A stretch of 64,000 nt of DNA from an uncultured Holophagales bacterium (GCA_964603505.1 CAZRVT010000001.1:52215-116214); one strand, 5' to 3'. Counted from the first letter of the stretch, positions 18,458 to 28,600 are shown. Program-made: numbers and translations. The notes: generated from the sequence alone by a model not told the origin.

Positions 18458-18485
18458 TTGACCCCGCCCCCGCAAGCGGTATAAT
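18458..18485 (+). promoter_or_regulatory. sigma70-type promoter for dnaB (TTGACC-N16-TATAAT)
   Basis: TTGACC at 18458-18463 and TATAAT at 18480-18485, ~10 nt before the dnaB ATG at 18495 (near-leaderless). Confidence 0.4.
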
Positions 18486-18494
18486 GGACTTTCC

Positions 18495-19874
18495 ATGAGC
18501 GCCCCCCTTCCCGACGCCGAGCTTCCGAAGTCGCTGGAGGCCGAAACGGCCGTCCTCTCCAGCATCCTGGTCGAGCCCCTCTCCCTCGACCGGGTGACGG
18601 AGTTCCTGCGCCCCGACGACTTCTTCTCCCAGCGGAACCAATTCATCTTCGACGCCATGCTGACCCTCTCCGGGGACGGGCGGCCGGTGGACCTGGTGAC
18701 GCTGTCGGAGGCGCTGAAGGGGAAGGTGACCCCCGAGGAGCTGGGGGCCCTGGCCGACGGGGTCCCCGACTTCGCCCACGTGGAGGAGCACGCCCGCATC
18801 GTCAAGGACAAGGCCATCCTCCGCCGCCTCATCGAGATCGCCTCCATGGCGCAGAAGGAGGCCTTCGGCGTCCCCCCCAAGCCGAAGCGCAAGGGGGATC
18901 CCCCCCCGGCGCCGCTGACCCCGCGCGAGGTGCTGGAGGGGGTGGAGAAGCGCATCTTCGAGCTCGCGGAGTCGGGCCTCCGCACCTCCTTCGTCCCCCT
19001 GAAGACCATCGTGGAGGAGAACCTCAAGACCCTCGAGACGATGGGGATGAACCGCGCCCACATCACCGGCATCGCCTCGGACTTCACCAAACTGGACGAG
19101 TACACCTGCGGCTTCCACGGCGGCGAGCTGGTCTATCTGGCCGGCCGCCCGGGGTCGGGCAAGACCTCCTTCGCCCTCGCCATGGCGGTCAACATGGCCA
19201 AGGCGGGTCGGTCGGTGGGGTTCTTCAGCATCGAGATGGCCCGGGAGCAGCTGGGGATGCGCCTGGTGTGCGCCGAGGCCCAGATCGACATCCAGAAGTA
19301 TCGCCGGGGCTACCTCCGGAAGGACGACTACGGCCCCCTGGCCGAGGCGGTGGAGACCCTGGCGAAGATCCCCATCTATATCGACGACTCCCCCGCCCTC
19401 GACGTGCTGGAGATGCGGACCAAGTGCCGCCGCCTCAAGCGCGAGAAGGGGCTGGACATCGTCTTCGTGGACTACATCGGGCTGATCCGGCCCCACGGCC
19501 GGTTCGAGAACCGCAACCTGGAGCTGGGGGCCATCTCCCGGTCGCTGAAGGCCCTGGCCAAGGAGCTCTCCATCCCGGTCATCGCCCTCTCCCAGCTTTC
19601 CCGCAACCCCGAGCGGCGCCGGGAGCGGGACGCCAAGCCCCAGCTCTCCGATCTTCGCGAGTCGGGCAACCTCGAGCAGGACGCCGACCTGGTCATCCTC
19701 CTCCACCGGGAGAAGGAGGACCCCGCCAAGCCGGAGGCCCACAAGAACCAGGCGGAGATCATCATCGCCAAGCAGCGCAACGGCCCCACCGGCTCGTTCC
19801 ACCTGGCCTTCATCAAGGAGCTGGCCCTTTTCATGAACCGCGACAGCGACGCCTTCGTCGGCGAGGGGAGCTGA
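18495..19874 (+). CDS. dnaB: Replicative DNA helicase
   Basis: N-terminal LP.SLEAE.AVL..IL, Walker A GRPGSGKTSF, IVFVDYIGLI, SQLSR; 459 aa. Confidence 0.9.
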   Translation: MSAPLPDAELPKSLEAETAVLSSILVEPLSLDRVTEFLRPDDFFSQRNQFIFDAMLTLSGDGRPVDLVTLSEALKGKVTPEELGALADGVPDFAHVEEHARIVKDKAILRRLIEIASMAQKEAFGVPPKPKRKGDPPPAPLTPREVLEGVEKRIFELAESGLRTSFVPLKTIVEENLKTLETMGMNRAHITGIASDFTKLDEYTCGFHGGELVYLAGRPGSGKTSFALAMAVNMAKAGRSVGFFSIEMAREQLGMRLVCAEAQIDIQKYRRGYLRKDDYGPLAEAVETLAKIPIYIDDSPALDVLEMRTKCRRLKREKGLDIVFVDYIGLIRPHGRFENRNLELGAISRSLKALAKELSIPVIALSQLSRNPERRRERDAKPQLSDLRESGNLEQDADLVILLHREKEDPAKPEAHKNQAEIIIAKQRNGPTGSFHLAFIKELALFMNRDSDAFVGEGS

Positions 19875-20645
19875 GTGAAGGCGGTCCAGGCCCTCGACCG
19901 CGCCGTCCGCGGCCTCGTGGAGGAGACCGGCCGCTGGGTCACGATGCTCTGGAAGGCCCTCTACTGGACCTTCCGGGGGCCGTGGGACCTCCGCGAGTGG
20001 TTCCGGCAGATGGCCCGCGTGGGGGTGGACTCCGTCCCCGTGGTCTTCCTGGCCGCCTTCTTCACCGGCGCCGTCATCGCCCTCCAGACCTACGAGGGGT
20101 TCCAGCGCTTCCACGCCGAGGGCTACGTGGGCTCGGTGGTCTCCCTCTCGATGCTCCGGGAGCTCGCGCCCGTCCTCTCGGCGCTGATGGTGACGGGGCG
20201 CGTGGGCTCGGCCTACGCGGCCGAGATCGGCACCATGCGGGTGACCGAGCAGATCGACGCCCTCTACGCCCTGGCCGCCAACCCCATCCAGTACCTCGTG
20301 GTGCCCCGCCTGTGGGCCTCCGTCCTCATGATGCCCCTGCTGGTCGTGATGGCCGACGCCACCGGCATTCTGGGCGGCTACCTGGTGGCGGTGGGGCTGC
20401 TCAAGGCCAACGCGGTGGTCTACGAGCAGGCCACCTTCCAGTTCCTCGACCTCAACGACTTTTTCAGCGGCGTCGTGAAGGCGGCCGTCTTCGGCCTCAT
20501 CCTCGCCGTCACCGGCTGCATGAAGGGCTTCCACACCGAGGGCGGGGCGGAGGGGGTGGGAAAGGCCACCACCCGCTCGGTGGTGATGGCCTCCCTCATC
20601 ATCCTCCTCTCCGATTTCTTCCTGACGAAGGTCCTTTTCCGATGA
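19875..20645 (+). CDS. mlaE: Phospholipid ABC transporter permease MlaE
   Basis: GTG start abutting the dnaB stop. Multi-TM protein with the conserved MlaE core (VTEQIDAL, LVVPRL). Confidence 0.85.
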   Translation: MKAVQALDRAVRGLVEETGRWVTMLWKALYWTFRGPWDLREWFRQMARVGVDSVPVVFLAAFFTGAVIALQTYEGFQRFHAEGYVGSVVSLSMLRELAPVLSALMVTGRVGSAYAAEIGTMRVTEQIDALYALAANPIQYLVVPRLWASVLMMPLLVVMADATGILGGYLVAVGLLKANAVVYEQATFQFLDLNDFFSGVVKAAVFGLILAVTGCMKGFHTEGGAEGVGKATTRSVVMASLIILLSDFFLTKVLFR

Positions 20646-21409
20646 ACGGGCGCACGAAGATCTCCCTGCGCGGGCTCCACAAGGCCTTCGGACCCAAGAA
20701 GGTGCTCCAGGGCGTGGACCTGGAGGTGCCGGAGGGCTCCTCGACCGTCATTATGGGCGGGTCGGGGGTGGGGAAGTCGGTCCTCCTCAAGCACGTCATC
20801 GGCCTCCTCCGCCCCGACGCCGGGGAGGTGTGGGTGGACGGCGTGGAGATCGGGACCCTCTCCGAGTCGGCGCTCAACACCCTCCGGAGGCAGTTCGGCA
20901 TGGCGTTCCAGGAGGGGGCGCTGTTCGACTCCATGACGGTGTTCGACAACATCGCGTTCCCCCTGCGCCGGCACTCGGGGCTCGACCGCGACGGCGTGGC
21001 CGAGCGGGTGCGCGAATGCCTGCGCATCGTCAACCTCCACGGCGTGGAGGGGAAGATGCCCGCGGAACTCTCGGGCGGGATGCGGCGCCGCGTCGGGTTC
21101 GCCCGCGCCATCGCGCTGAAGCCCAAGATCCTCCTCTTCGACGAGCCCACCACCGGCCTCGACCCGGTGATGACGGCGCTCATCGCCGACACCATCCGCG
21201 CCCTGACGGCCGACGAAACCGTCACCGCCCTCACCATCACCCACGACCTGCAGGCGGCCTACGCCGTCGCCGACCGCATCGCCATGATCTTCCAGGGGCG
21301 CATCGTCTTCGAGGGCACCCCGGAGGAGTTCCAGGCCAGCGCCGAGCCGGTCGTGGCGCAGTTCCGCACCTCCAACCCCATCGGTCCCCTCACGGAGGCA
21401 GAGTTATGA
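20642..21409 (+). CDS. mlaF: Phospholipid ABC transporter ATP-binding protein MlaF
   Basis: Walker A GGSGVGKS, ABC signature LSGGMRRRV, Walker B ILLFDEPT; ATGA overlap with mlaE. Confidence 0.85.
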   Translation: MNGRTKISLRGLHKAFGPKKVLQGVDLEVPEGSSTVIMGGSGVGKSVLLKHVIGLLRPDAGEVWVDGVEIGTLSESALNTLRRQFGMAFQEGALFDSMTVFDNIAFPLRRHSGLDRDGVAERVRECLRIVNLHGVEGKMPAELSGGMRRRVGFARAIALKPKILLFDEPTTGLDPVMTALIADTIRALTADETVTALTITHDLQAAYAVADRIAMIFQGRIVFEGTPEEFQASAEPVVAQFRTSNPIGPLTEAEL

Positions 21410-22869
21410 GTTCTACTGCGAAGGTAGGCTTGTTCGCCCTCGTCGTCCTCTTCATCGCCGCCCTGTTCATCCTCCGGATCGAGGACATCCCCGTCGGTTC
21501 GGGCAAGGTCCAGCGCATCCGCGTCTCCTTCCCCGACGTCTCGGGCCTGGACGCCAAGGCGGCCGTGCGCGTCTACGGCGTCCGTGTGGGCAAGGTGGAG
21601 TCCATCCTCCTTCAGGAGGGCCACGCCGAGGCGGTGCTGGCCGTGGACGCCTCGCTGAAGCTGGGCAAGGGGGCCACCGCGGCGGTGCGCAACATGGGGC
21701 TCCTGGGCGACAAATACGTCGAGCTCATCCCCGGCGACCCCGCCGCCGGCCCGCCGGAGAACCCCGACCGGCTGGCGGGGACCAGCCCCGTCTCCTACGA
21801 CGAAATCCTGGCCAAACTCTCCTCCATCGGCACCGACGTCAAGGCCCTCACCGCCTCCTTCAGCGCCTCCCTGGCCGGGCCCGAGGCCGAGGCCAAGATG
21901 AAAGCCATCGTCGAGAACATCCGCGCCTTCACCGAGCAGGCCAACCTGCTCGTCGCGGAGAACCGGGGCACGGTGAGGGCGACGGCGGGCCACATCGAGG
22001 CGATCACCGCGCGCCTCCGGCAGGACCTGCCCGAGGTGCTGGCCTCCGCCCGCACCCTTCTCGAAAACCTCGACGGGGTGGTCGCGGACAACCGCGCCAC
22101 CCTGGCCGACACCGTCAAGAACCTCCGGGAATCCACCGCCCGGCTGGAGACCACCATGAAGTCGGTGGATTCCATCATGGTCAAGATCGACCGGGGCGAG
22201 GGGACCATCGGCAAGCTCATCAACTCCCCCGAGACCCACGACAAGCTGGTGGCCGCCATGGACTCGGTCAAGGGGGGGGTGGACACCTTCCAGAACTCCT
22301 TCGGCCGGGTCCAGCGGTGGGGCCTGACCATGGACATGAACAGCGACTACCTGGCGGACAGCGAGGACCTGCTCGCGAGTTTGACCGTCCGCGTCGCCCC
22401 GAGCCCGAGGCGCTTCTACCTCCTCGAAGCGGTGAACGACCCCGTCGGCAAGCGGAGCGAGGAGACGGAGACGATCACCGTCACTCTGCCCGACGGCTCC
22501 ACGACCACGACCACCCGGACGAGCGTCAAATACGAACAGCGGTTCACCTTCAGCGCCCAGCTGGGGTTCCGCTGGCGCGACCTCCTGCTGCGCGGCGGCA
22601 TCAAGGAGGGGACGGGCGGCGTGGGGATGGACGCCCTCCTCTTCCGCGAGCGGATCAAGCTCTCCCTCGACGCCTTCGATTTCGCCGACCCGGAGCGCGA
22701 CTTCCGCCTCCTCGTCCGCGGCAAGTTCTACCTCAACAAGAACCTCTACCTCTCCACCGGCGTCAACGACATCATGAACGACGAGACCCGCTCCTTCTTC
22801 CTTGGCGGGGGCGTCTCCTGGGAGGACGAGGACTTCAAGTACCTCCTCGGGGCGGCCCCGGGCTTCTGA
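21406..22869 (+). CDS. mlaD: MlaD-like MCE-domain protein with a ~330-aa C-terminal extension
   Basis: N-terminal TM plus MCE domain (GLDAKAAVRVYGVRVGKV), then coiled-coil and a Thr-rich beta region; ATGA overlap with mlaF. Confidence 0.8.
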   Translation: MSSTAKVGLFALVVLFIAALFILRIEDIPVGSGKVQRIRVSFPDVSGLDAKAAVRVYGVRVGKVESILLQEGHAEAVLAVDASLKLGKGATAAVRNMGLLGDKYVELIPGDPAAGPPENPDRLAGTSPVSYDEILAKLSSIGTDVKALTASFSASLAGPEAEAKMKAIVENIRAFTEQANLLVAENRGTVRATAGHIEAITARLRQDLPEVLASARTLLENLDGVVADNRATLADTVKNLRESTARLETTMKSVDSIMVKIDRGEGTIGKLINSPETHDKLVAAMDSVKGGVDTFQNSFGRVQRWGLTMDMNSDYLADSEDLLASLTVRVAPSPRRFYLLEAVNDPVGKRSEETETITVTLPDGSTTTTTRTSVKYEQRFTFSAQLGFRWRDLLLRGGIKEGTGGVGMDALLFRERIKLSLDAFDFADPERDFRLLVRGKFYLNKNLYLSTGVNDIMNDETRSFFLGGGVSWEDEDFKYLLGAAPGF

Positions 22870-23077
22870 CGCATCAGGAAGTGCACCGCTGGGAACCGCC
22901 GTCCAGGCCTCCGGGATGGCCGGAGGACCGGGGCGGCGGGGTCTCGGAAGCGGAAGCATCCTTCACCGAAACGGCGGTCGCCGGCCCGGCCGACCGAGCG
23001 GGCCAGGCGAGCGGGCGCCGTGCGGCGAACGGGCGGCCTCGAGCACGGGAACAGCCCGGCCATGAGCCAGCGCCATA

Positions 23078-23106
23078 TTGACAGCAAAAGCACTTTCTGG
23101 TAATAT
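23078..23106 (+). promoter_or_regulatory. sigma70-type promoter for tRNA-Asn (TTGACA-N17-TAATAT)
   Basis: TTGACA at 23078-23083, 17-nt spacer, TAATAT at 23101-23106, 10 nt upstream of the tRNA. Confidence 0.5.
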
Positions 23107-23116
23107 TTTCCCCTCT

Positions 23117-23191
23117 TCCGGCGTAGCTCAATGGTAGAGCAAGTGGCTGTTAACCACGAGGTTGGGGGTTCGAGCCCCTCCGCCGGAGCCA
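23117..23191 (+). tRNA. tRNA-Asn (anticodon GTT), CCA encoded
   Basis: Acceptor TCCGGCG/CGCCGGA (U1-A72 as in E. coli tRNA-Asn), anticodon loop CTGTTAA, T-arm GGTTCGAGCCC, 3' GCCA. Confidence 0.9.
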
Positions 23192-23335
23192 TTCGACCCC
23201 TCCCAATGCCTCCGTCCCCGATGGAGGCGTTTTTTCATTCCACTCCATCATCGCTGGAGGCGATAGCCCCGCGAAAAGGGCGGACGCAGGGGTCCGCCCC
23301 CATCGCCTACGGCGGTCGCCTTCGCTTCCCGGCGC

Positions 23336-24061
23336 TCACCGCACCCACCGGAAGGTGCGCTCCCACCGGGTCTTGGTGAAGAAGTTGGGGAAGACAGAGA
23401 TCATGTCCCAGGCCTTGCCGAGCATGGAGCGGTGGGGGTCGTAGCGGGGCGCCTCGTAGGACCAGTAGATGATCCACCCCCGGCCGGCGATGGAGGAGCG
23501 GGGGACGAACCCCCAGAACCGGCTGTCGTTGGAGCGGTCGCGGTTGTCGCCCATCACAAAGTAATGGCCCTCGGGCACCCGGATCTCCGCCTGGTTGTCC
23601 CGCAGGCGCAGGAGGTCGGGCAGGCCGGGGTCGGGGGGGAAGACGGTGTCGTCGGCAAAGACCGTGTAGGGCTCGTGAAGCTCCCGGCCGTTGACATAGA
23701 CCTTCTTGTTCACGATGGAGACGGTGTCGCCCGGAAGGCCGATGGCGCGCTTGACGAAGAAGAAGGTGGGGTCCTTGGGATACTTGAAGACCACCACGTC
23801 GCCCCGCTGGATGTCGCGGAACGGGAAGATCGCCTTGAACAGGGCGTTGCCGGGGTTCCGGAAGCCGAACTTGTCCACGATGAGGTGGTCCCCCACCAGA
23901 AGGGTGCCCACCATGGACTCGGTGGGGATCTTGTAGGTCTGGAAAATGAAGATTTTGACGAAGGAGGCGAAGATCACCGCCACGAGGATGGCCTCGTAGT
24001 ATTCGCGGAACTTGTCTTTCTTCGGCGGGGCCTGGCCGGCCGGAGGTTCCTTCTTTTTCAT
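23336..24061 (-). CDS. lepB: Signal peptidase I
   Basis: N-terminal TM, catalytic Ser in PTESMVGTL, Lys in VVFKYPKD..KRAIGLPGD, GDNRDRSNDSRFWGFV box. Confidence 0.85.
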   Translation of the reverse strand: MKKKEPPAGQAPPKKDKFREYYEAILVAVIFASFVKIFIFQTYKIPTESMVGTLLVGDHLIVDKFGFRNPGNALFKAIFPFRDIQRGDVVVFKYPKDPTFFFVKRAIGLPGDTVSIVNKKVYVNGRELHEPYTVFADDTVFPPDPGLPDLLRLRDNQAEIRVPEGHYFVMGDNRDRSNDSRFWGFVPRSSIAGRGWIIYWSYEAPRYDPHRSMLGKAWDMISVFPNFFTKTRWERTFRWVR

Positions 24062-24086
24062 GGACGGCTATGATACCATAAACTCA

Positions 24087-24794
24087 ATGATTTCCATCGT
24101 CATCCCCTTTTATAACGAAGAGGCCGCGGCCGGGGGGGTCCTGCAGGAAGTCCTGGACGCCGTCACCCCTCTGGGCCGGCCCTTCGAGGTGGTCGCGGTG
24201 GACGACGGTTCTACGGACGGCACCCCCGCCGTGTTGGCCGCCGTCCGGGCCACCCGCCCCGAGATCCGCGTCCTGCGGGCCAAGGGGCGCGGCGGGCAGT
24301 CGGCGGCGCTGTCGGCCGGCTTCCGGGCCGCCCGGGGGGAGGTGGTCGTCACCCTCGACGGCGACGGGCAGAACGACCCCGCCTCCATTCCGGCCCTGTT
24401 GAAGGCCCTCGAGGGGGCCGATCTGGCCGCCGGGGTGCGGGCCAGCCGGAAAGACACCGGTTGGAAGCGCCTCTCGTCGAAGGTCGCCAACGCCTACCGG
24501 CGGCGAGCCCTCGACGACCCCTTCCGCGACGTCGGCTGCGGCCTCAAGGCCTTCCGCCGCGAGGTCCTGGAGAGCATCCCCTACTTCCAGAACATGCACC
24601 GCTACTTCCCCCTCCTGGCGCTGTGGCAGGGGTTCCGGGTCGTCGAGGTGGAGGTGGGCCACCGCCCCCGGGCGGGGGGGGCCTCGAAATACGGCACCTG
24701 GGACCGCCTCGCCGCCGGCCTGGCCGACCTGCGCGGCGTGAAGTGGCTGAAAAAGCGGCTGATCCGCTACCCCGTGGAGGAGATCAACCCGTGA
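24087..24794 (+). CDS. GT2 polyprenyl-phosphate glycosyltransferase (DPM1/ArnC-like)
   Basis: SIVIPFYNE, VAVDDGSTDGT, TLDGDGQND motifs. Start moved to the MISIVIP Met. Confidence 0.8.
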   Translation: MISIVIPFYNEEAAAGGVLQEVLDAVTPLGRPFEVVAVDDGSTDGTPAVLAAVRATRPEIRVLRAKGRGGQSAALSAGFRAARGEVVVTLDGDGQNDPASIPALLKALEGADLAAGVRASRKDTGWKRLSSKVANAYRRRALDDPFRDVGCGLKAFRREVLESIPYFQNMHRYFPLLALWQGFRVVEVEVGHRPRAGGASKYGTWDRLAAGLADLRGVKWLKKRLIRYPVEEINP

Positions 24795-25075
24795 AGATCG
24801 AGATTCCGACCCTGTGGCTGGTCGTCGGCTTCGCCGGCCAAGCCCTCTTCAGCGCCCGCTTCATCATCCAGTGGATCGCCTCGGAGCGGAGGAAGAAGAG
24901 CGTCATCCCTCTGGCGTTCTGGTGGTTCTCCCTCGCCGGCGGCCTGGTCCTGCTCGTCTACGCCATCCACCGCAAGGACCCGGTCTTCATCCTCGGCCAG
25001 GCGGCCGGCGCGTTCATCTACCTGCGCAACCTGATGCTCATCCACAAGAAGCCGGCGGAGGCCGCCGAGGCCTGA
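24791..25075 (+). CDS. Lipid-A-disaccharide-synthase N-terminal-domain (LAB_N) small membrane protein
   Basis: GQALFSARFIIQWIASERRKKSVIPLAFWWFSLAGGLVLLVYAIHRKDPVFILGQ matches LAB_N. GTG start overlapping the GT2 stop. Confidence 0.6.
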   Translation: MKIEIPTLWLVVGFAGQALFSARFIIQWIASERRKKSVIPLAFWWFSLAGGLVLLVYAIHRKDPVFILGQAAGAFIYLRNLMLIHKKPAEAAEA

Positions 25076-25141
25076 TCCCGGTTTACCCAACGCCCTGGTT
25101 TTGTTATAATTCGCCATCTTTTTCCGTAAGGAGCGTTCCGC

Positions 25142-26758
25142 ATGGAAAGCATCGCCAAAGGGCTGTTTGCCGGTTGCGTCGAGACGGACAGTCTGGTTCC
25201 CTACCCCCAGCTCACGGATGAGGAGCGGGAAACGGTCGCCTTCCTGCTGGACGCGTTCCGCAAGTTCGCCAAGGAGAACATCAACGCCGAGAAGATCGAC
25301 CAGGAGCACCGGATCGACGAGTCCATCATCAAGGGTCTGGGCGAGATGGGGATCCTTGGGATGACCGTCCCGGAGGCCTACGGCGGCTTCGGCTTCACCC
25401 CCAGCCAATACGGCCGCGTCATGGAGGAGATGACCCGCGTCTGCGCCTCCACCGCCATCCTCGTCGGGGCCCACCAGAGCATCGGCTACAAGGGGATCGT
25501 CCTCGGCGGCACCGAGGAGCAGAAGCAGCAGTGGCTCCCTCCCCTGGCCACCGGCGAGCGGCTGGCCGCCTTCGCCCTCACCGAGCCCGAGGCCGGGAGC
25601 GACGCCTCCGGCGTCAAGACCGTGGCGAAATACGACCCGGAGCGCAAGGGCTACGTCCTCAACGGCACCAAGCAGTGGATCACCAACGGCGGCATCGCCC
25701 ACACCGTCACCACCCTGGCCAAGACGGGCGACGAGAGCGCGCTGACGGCCTTCATCGTGGACACCGCCACCCCCGGCTTCTCCGTCGGAAAGACGGAGCG
25801 GAAAATGGGGCTGAAGGGCTCCTCCACCACCCAGCTCATCTACGAGAACATGTTCGTCCCCGAGGCCAACCTGCTGGGGCGCAAGGGGCGCGGCTTCCTC
25901 CTCTTCATGGAGGTCCTCGACACCGGCCGCATGGGCCTCGCCGCCTCCTGCCTCGGCGGGTGCAAGGAGATGATCAAGCAGGCCTACGAGTTCGCCAGCC
26001 GCCGGAAGCAGTTCGACACCATCGTCGGCGAGTATGAGATGATCCGCCACAAGTTCGCCCGGATGGCCGCCTACACCTACGCCGCCGAGAGCATGGTCTA
26101 CTGCTCCACCGGCCTGATCCCCAAGGGGCTGAAGGACTACTCCACCGAGTCGTGCCTTTGCAAGTTCTACGTCACCGAGGTGCTCTGGAGCGTCATCAAC
26201 GACGCCCTGCAGTGCGCGGGCGGCAACGGCTACATGGAAGAGTATCCCTTCGAGCGGTTCCTGCGCGACGCGCGCATCAATCTGATCTTCGAGGGGACCA
26301 ACGAAATCACCCGCATGTTCGGCGCCAACCTGGGTCTGCGGCACGCCCAGAAGGCGGCCCGCGGCGGCGCCCCGCACGGCGACCTGGCTTGGGCCCCCGC
26401 GGAGTTGAAGGAGGAGTGCGACGATCTCCTCCGGCTCATCCGGAGGTTCGGCGAGTTCAACAAGGGGCTCCTGGAGAAGTACGGCACGGGGCTGAAGGAC
26501 CGCGAGTACCACCTGGAACGGGTGGCCGACATCGCCGCCGGCCTCTACGCCGCGGTGGCGACCCTGTCGCGCACCGTGGAAGAGGTCAAGCAGAAGCCCG
26601 AGGCCGTCACCTACTGCCGCGCGTTCCTGCACTTCGAGATGCCCCGCCTGCGGCAGCTCCTGGAGACCGATTTCACCGTTGTGGACAACCTCCGGACGGC
26701 GGTTTCGGATCACCTGTATTCCAAGGGCGGCTACCCGTTCGACCGCTGGGAACTCTAA
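25142..26758 (+). CDS. Acyl-CoA dehydrogenase family protein (long N-terminal type)
   Basis: GSDASGVKT, QWITNGG, catalytic region FEGTNEI; 538 aa. Confidence 0.85.
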   Translation: MESIAKGLFAGCVETDSLVPYPQLTDEERETVAFLLDAFRKFAKENINAEKIDQEHRIDESIIKGLGEMGILGMTVPEAYGGFGFTPSQYGRVMEEMTRVCASTAILVGAHQSIGYKGIVLGGTEEQKQQWLPPLATGERLAAFALTEPEAGSDASGVKTVAKYDPERKGYVLNGTKQWITNGGIAHTVTTLAKTGDESALTAFIVDTATPGFSVGKTERKMGLKGSSTTQLIYENMFVPEANLLGRKGRGFLLFMEVLDTGRMGLAASCLGGCKEMIKQAYEFASRRKQFDTIVGEYEMIRHKFARMAAYTYAAESMVYCSTGLIPKGLKDYSTESCLCKFYVTEVLWSVINDALQCAGGNGYMEEYPFERFLRDARINLIFEGTNEITRMFGANLGLRHAQKAARGGAPHGDLAWAPAELKEECDDLLRLIRRFGEFNKGLLEKYGTGLKDREYHLERVADIAAGLYAAVATLSRTVEEVKQKPEAVTYCRAFLHFEMPRLRQLLETDFTVVDNLRTAVSDHLYSKGGYPFDRWEL

Positions 26759-26887
26759 GGCGGAGCAGCCGCCCCCGATGAACCCGCAACCCGGCCCGGA
26801 CCGTTCCAGGCCGGGCTGTTCGCCTCGGGGAACCCCCTCAGCCCCGAGGGGAACCCTCCCGGCCCGCCGGTAACGCAGGCCGGCATC

Positions 26888-28282
26888 ATGCTTCCTGATC
26901 CCGGCGCATCCATGACCCGATCGCTGCTGAAATGGTTCCTCGTGCTCGCCGGCCTCGGCCTCCCGGCCGCCCTCCTCCCCCTCTCCGGGGACGAGGCCTA
27001 CTACTGGGAGTGCGGCCAGAACCTGGACTGGTCCTATTTCGACCAGCCCCCCCTGGTCATCTGGATGGCGCGGGGGTTCACGGAGATCCTGGGCAACACC
27101 GCCCTGGCGGTGCGGGCCCCCGCCCTCGTCTTCACGGGGCTCACGGGCCTGCTCCTGTGGGCCTGGCTGGGGGAGGCGGGCTTAGGGCTCTTCCTCGGCC
27201 TGCGGCTCCTGCCCATCGTGTTTTTCGGCTCGTTCTATCTCTCCACCGACGCGGGGCTGGTCTTCTTCTATCTCCTGTCCACCTACGCCTTCGTCCGCAT
27301 CCGCGAGGCCTCGCGGTGGCGGTGGTGGCTCCTCCTGGGGGCCGCCGGGGGACTGGGATTCCTGGCCAAGTTCCCCATCGTCCTGGCCGGGTTCCTCCTC
27401 CTCTTCATCCCCTGGAGGGGCGTGCGGCTGGCCCCGGTGCTGGCGGCCGCGGCCCTGGCGTCGGCGCTCACCGCCCCGGTGTGGGTCTACGCCCTCCGCC
27501 ACGACTGGGCCAACATCGTCTTCCAGCTCGTGGGGCGCCACCCGCGGTTGCACACCCTGGCCGGAGACCTCGCCGGCTACTGGCTCCCCCAGTTCGCCTT
27601 CGTCGGCCCCCTCCTGCTGCCGCTCGGGGCCGCGGCCGTATGGCGGGCCCGGCGCGACGACCGGCTCCTCCTCGCCGCCGGTCTCATCCCCGCGGCATTC
27701 TTCGGGCTTCTCGCCTTCCGGTCCCCCATGGCGCCCCATTGGGCGCTGCCCGGCCTCATCCCGCTGGCCGTCCTGGCCCGGCCCCGCCTCGACCGGCGGT
27801 GGCTGCGGGCCGCGCTGGCCGTCAACGCCCTCCTCATCGCGTTCCTGCTGACCCTCGTCGTCGTCCCCCACCCGTTCATCCCCCTCGCCCCCAAAGCGGC
27901 GGGGAACCTGCTGGGCCCCGACCGGCTGTGGGAGGTCCTGGTCCGCACCCGCCAGCCCGGGGAGACGCTTGCGACCGAAAGTTACAGCACGGCCGCCCTG
28001 ATGAACTTCCGCTCCGGCCGGACCGGGACGGTCCTCCTGGCGAACGCGGACCGAGGGGTGCACGGCCTCTCCTACCTGTACTGGCAGGAGGGGCTGGCCC
28101 TGGCCGGCCGCGATGTCCTCTTCGTCACCGCAAAGCCGGCGGTGCTCCGGACCCTGCCCCTGCGCTTCGAGCGGGTGGAGAGCGTGGTGGAACTGCCGGT
28201 GCGGGAGTGGGAGCGGACGATCCGAACCTATTACATCGCCCGATGCCGGGGGCTGCGGGACGAGGGGATGTTCAAGCCCTGA
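26888..28282 (+). CDS. ArnT/PMT-family (GT39/GT83) polyprenyl-phosphate-sugar-dependent glycosyltransferase
   Basis: Multi-TM protein with DEAYYWE motif in the first loop, typical of ArnT/dolichyl-P-mannose mannosyltransferase-like enzymes. Alternative start at 26912. Confidence 0.75.
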   Translation: MLPDPGASMTRSLLKWFLVLAGLGLPAALLPLSGDEAYYWECGQNLDWSYFDQPPLVIWMARGFTEILGNTALAVRAPALVFTGLTGLLLWAWLGEAGLGLFLGLRLLPIVFFGSFYLSTDAGLVFFYLLSTYAFVRIREASRWRWWLLLGAAGGLGFLAKFPIVLAGFLLLFIPWRGVRLAPVLAAAALASALTAPVWVYALRHDWANIVFQLVGRHPRLHTLAGDLAGYWLPQFAFVGPLLLPLGAAAVWRARRDDRLLLAAGLIPAAFFGLLAFRSPMAPHWALPGLIPLAVLARPRLDRRWLRAALAVNALLIAFLLTLVVVPHPFIPLAPKAAGNLLGPDRLWEVLVRTRQPGETLATESYSTAALMNFRSGRTGTVLLANADRGVHGLSYLYWQEGLALAGRDVLFVTAKPAVLRTLPLRFERVESVVELPVREWERTIRTYYIARCRGLRDEGMFKP

Positions 28283-28325
28283 CCGGCCCCCTCCCATTTC
28301 CCCCCTGCACGATCTCCCATTGAAA

Positions 28326-28389
28326 GCGGGAGAGGGGGGTTCCCATTCCCGCCCCGAGAGCGAAGCTCTCGGGGGTCCACCCTCTCCCC
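28326..28389. repeat. REP-like structured repeat, copy B
   Basis: gcgggagaggggggttcccattcccgcc, then cccgagagcgaagctctcggg, then gtccaccctctcccc. Same architecture as 16512-16575 but the middle hairpin has a different sequence with preserved pairing. Followed by hairpin ggcctgc-aatctgc-gcaggcc (28405-28425). Confidence 0.55.
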
Positions 28390-28600
28390 GCATGGAGCCC
28401 CCCTCGGCCTGCAATCTGCGCAGGCCGACCCGACAATCGGACCCCGGCCGGATAAGATCTCCAGCGGCAAAACCCGGCTTTCGGCTTCTTTCTTCCGGCT
28501 CCCGTCTACTTCTTGATCTCGATGCCGAGTTCCGTTGTCCGCCTTCCGCAGTTGACGGTTGGCGGTGAGCGGTGGACGGATTGCGGAGAGCGGCTTGCGG

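Noticed and set aside
16548-18461. 637-aa + strand ORF and 16444-18009 (-) 521-aa ORF
   Set aside because: Alternative frames over sdhA; sdhA itself is unambiguous.
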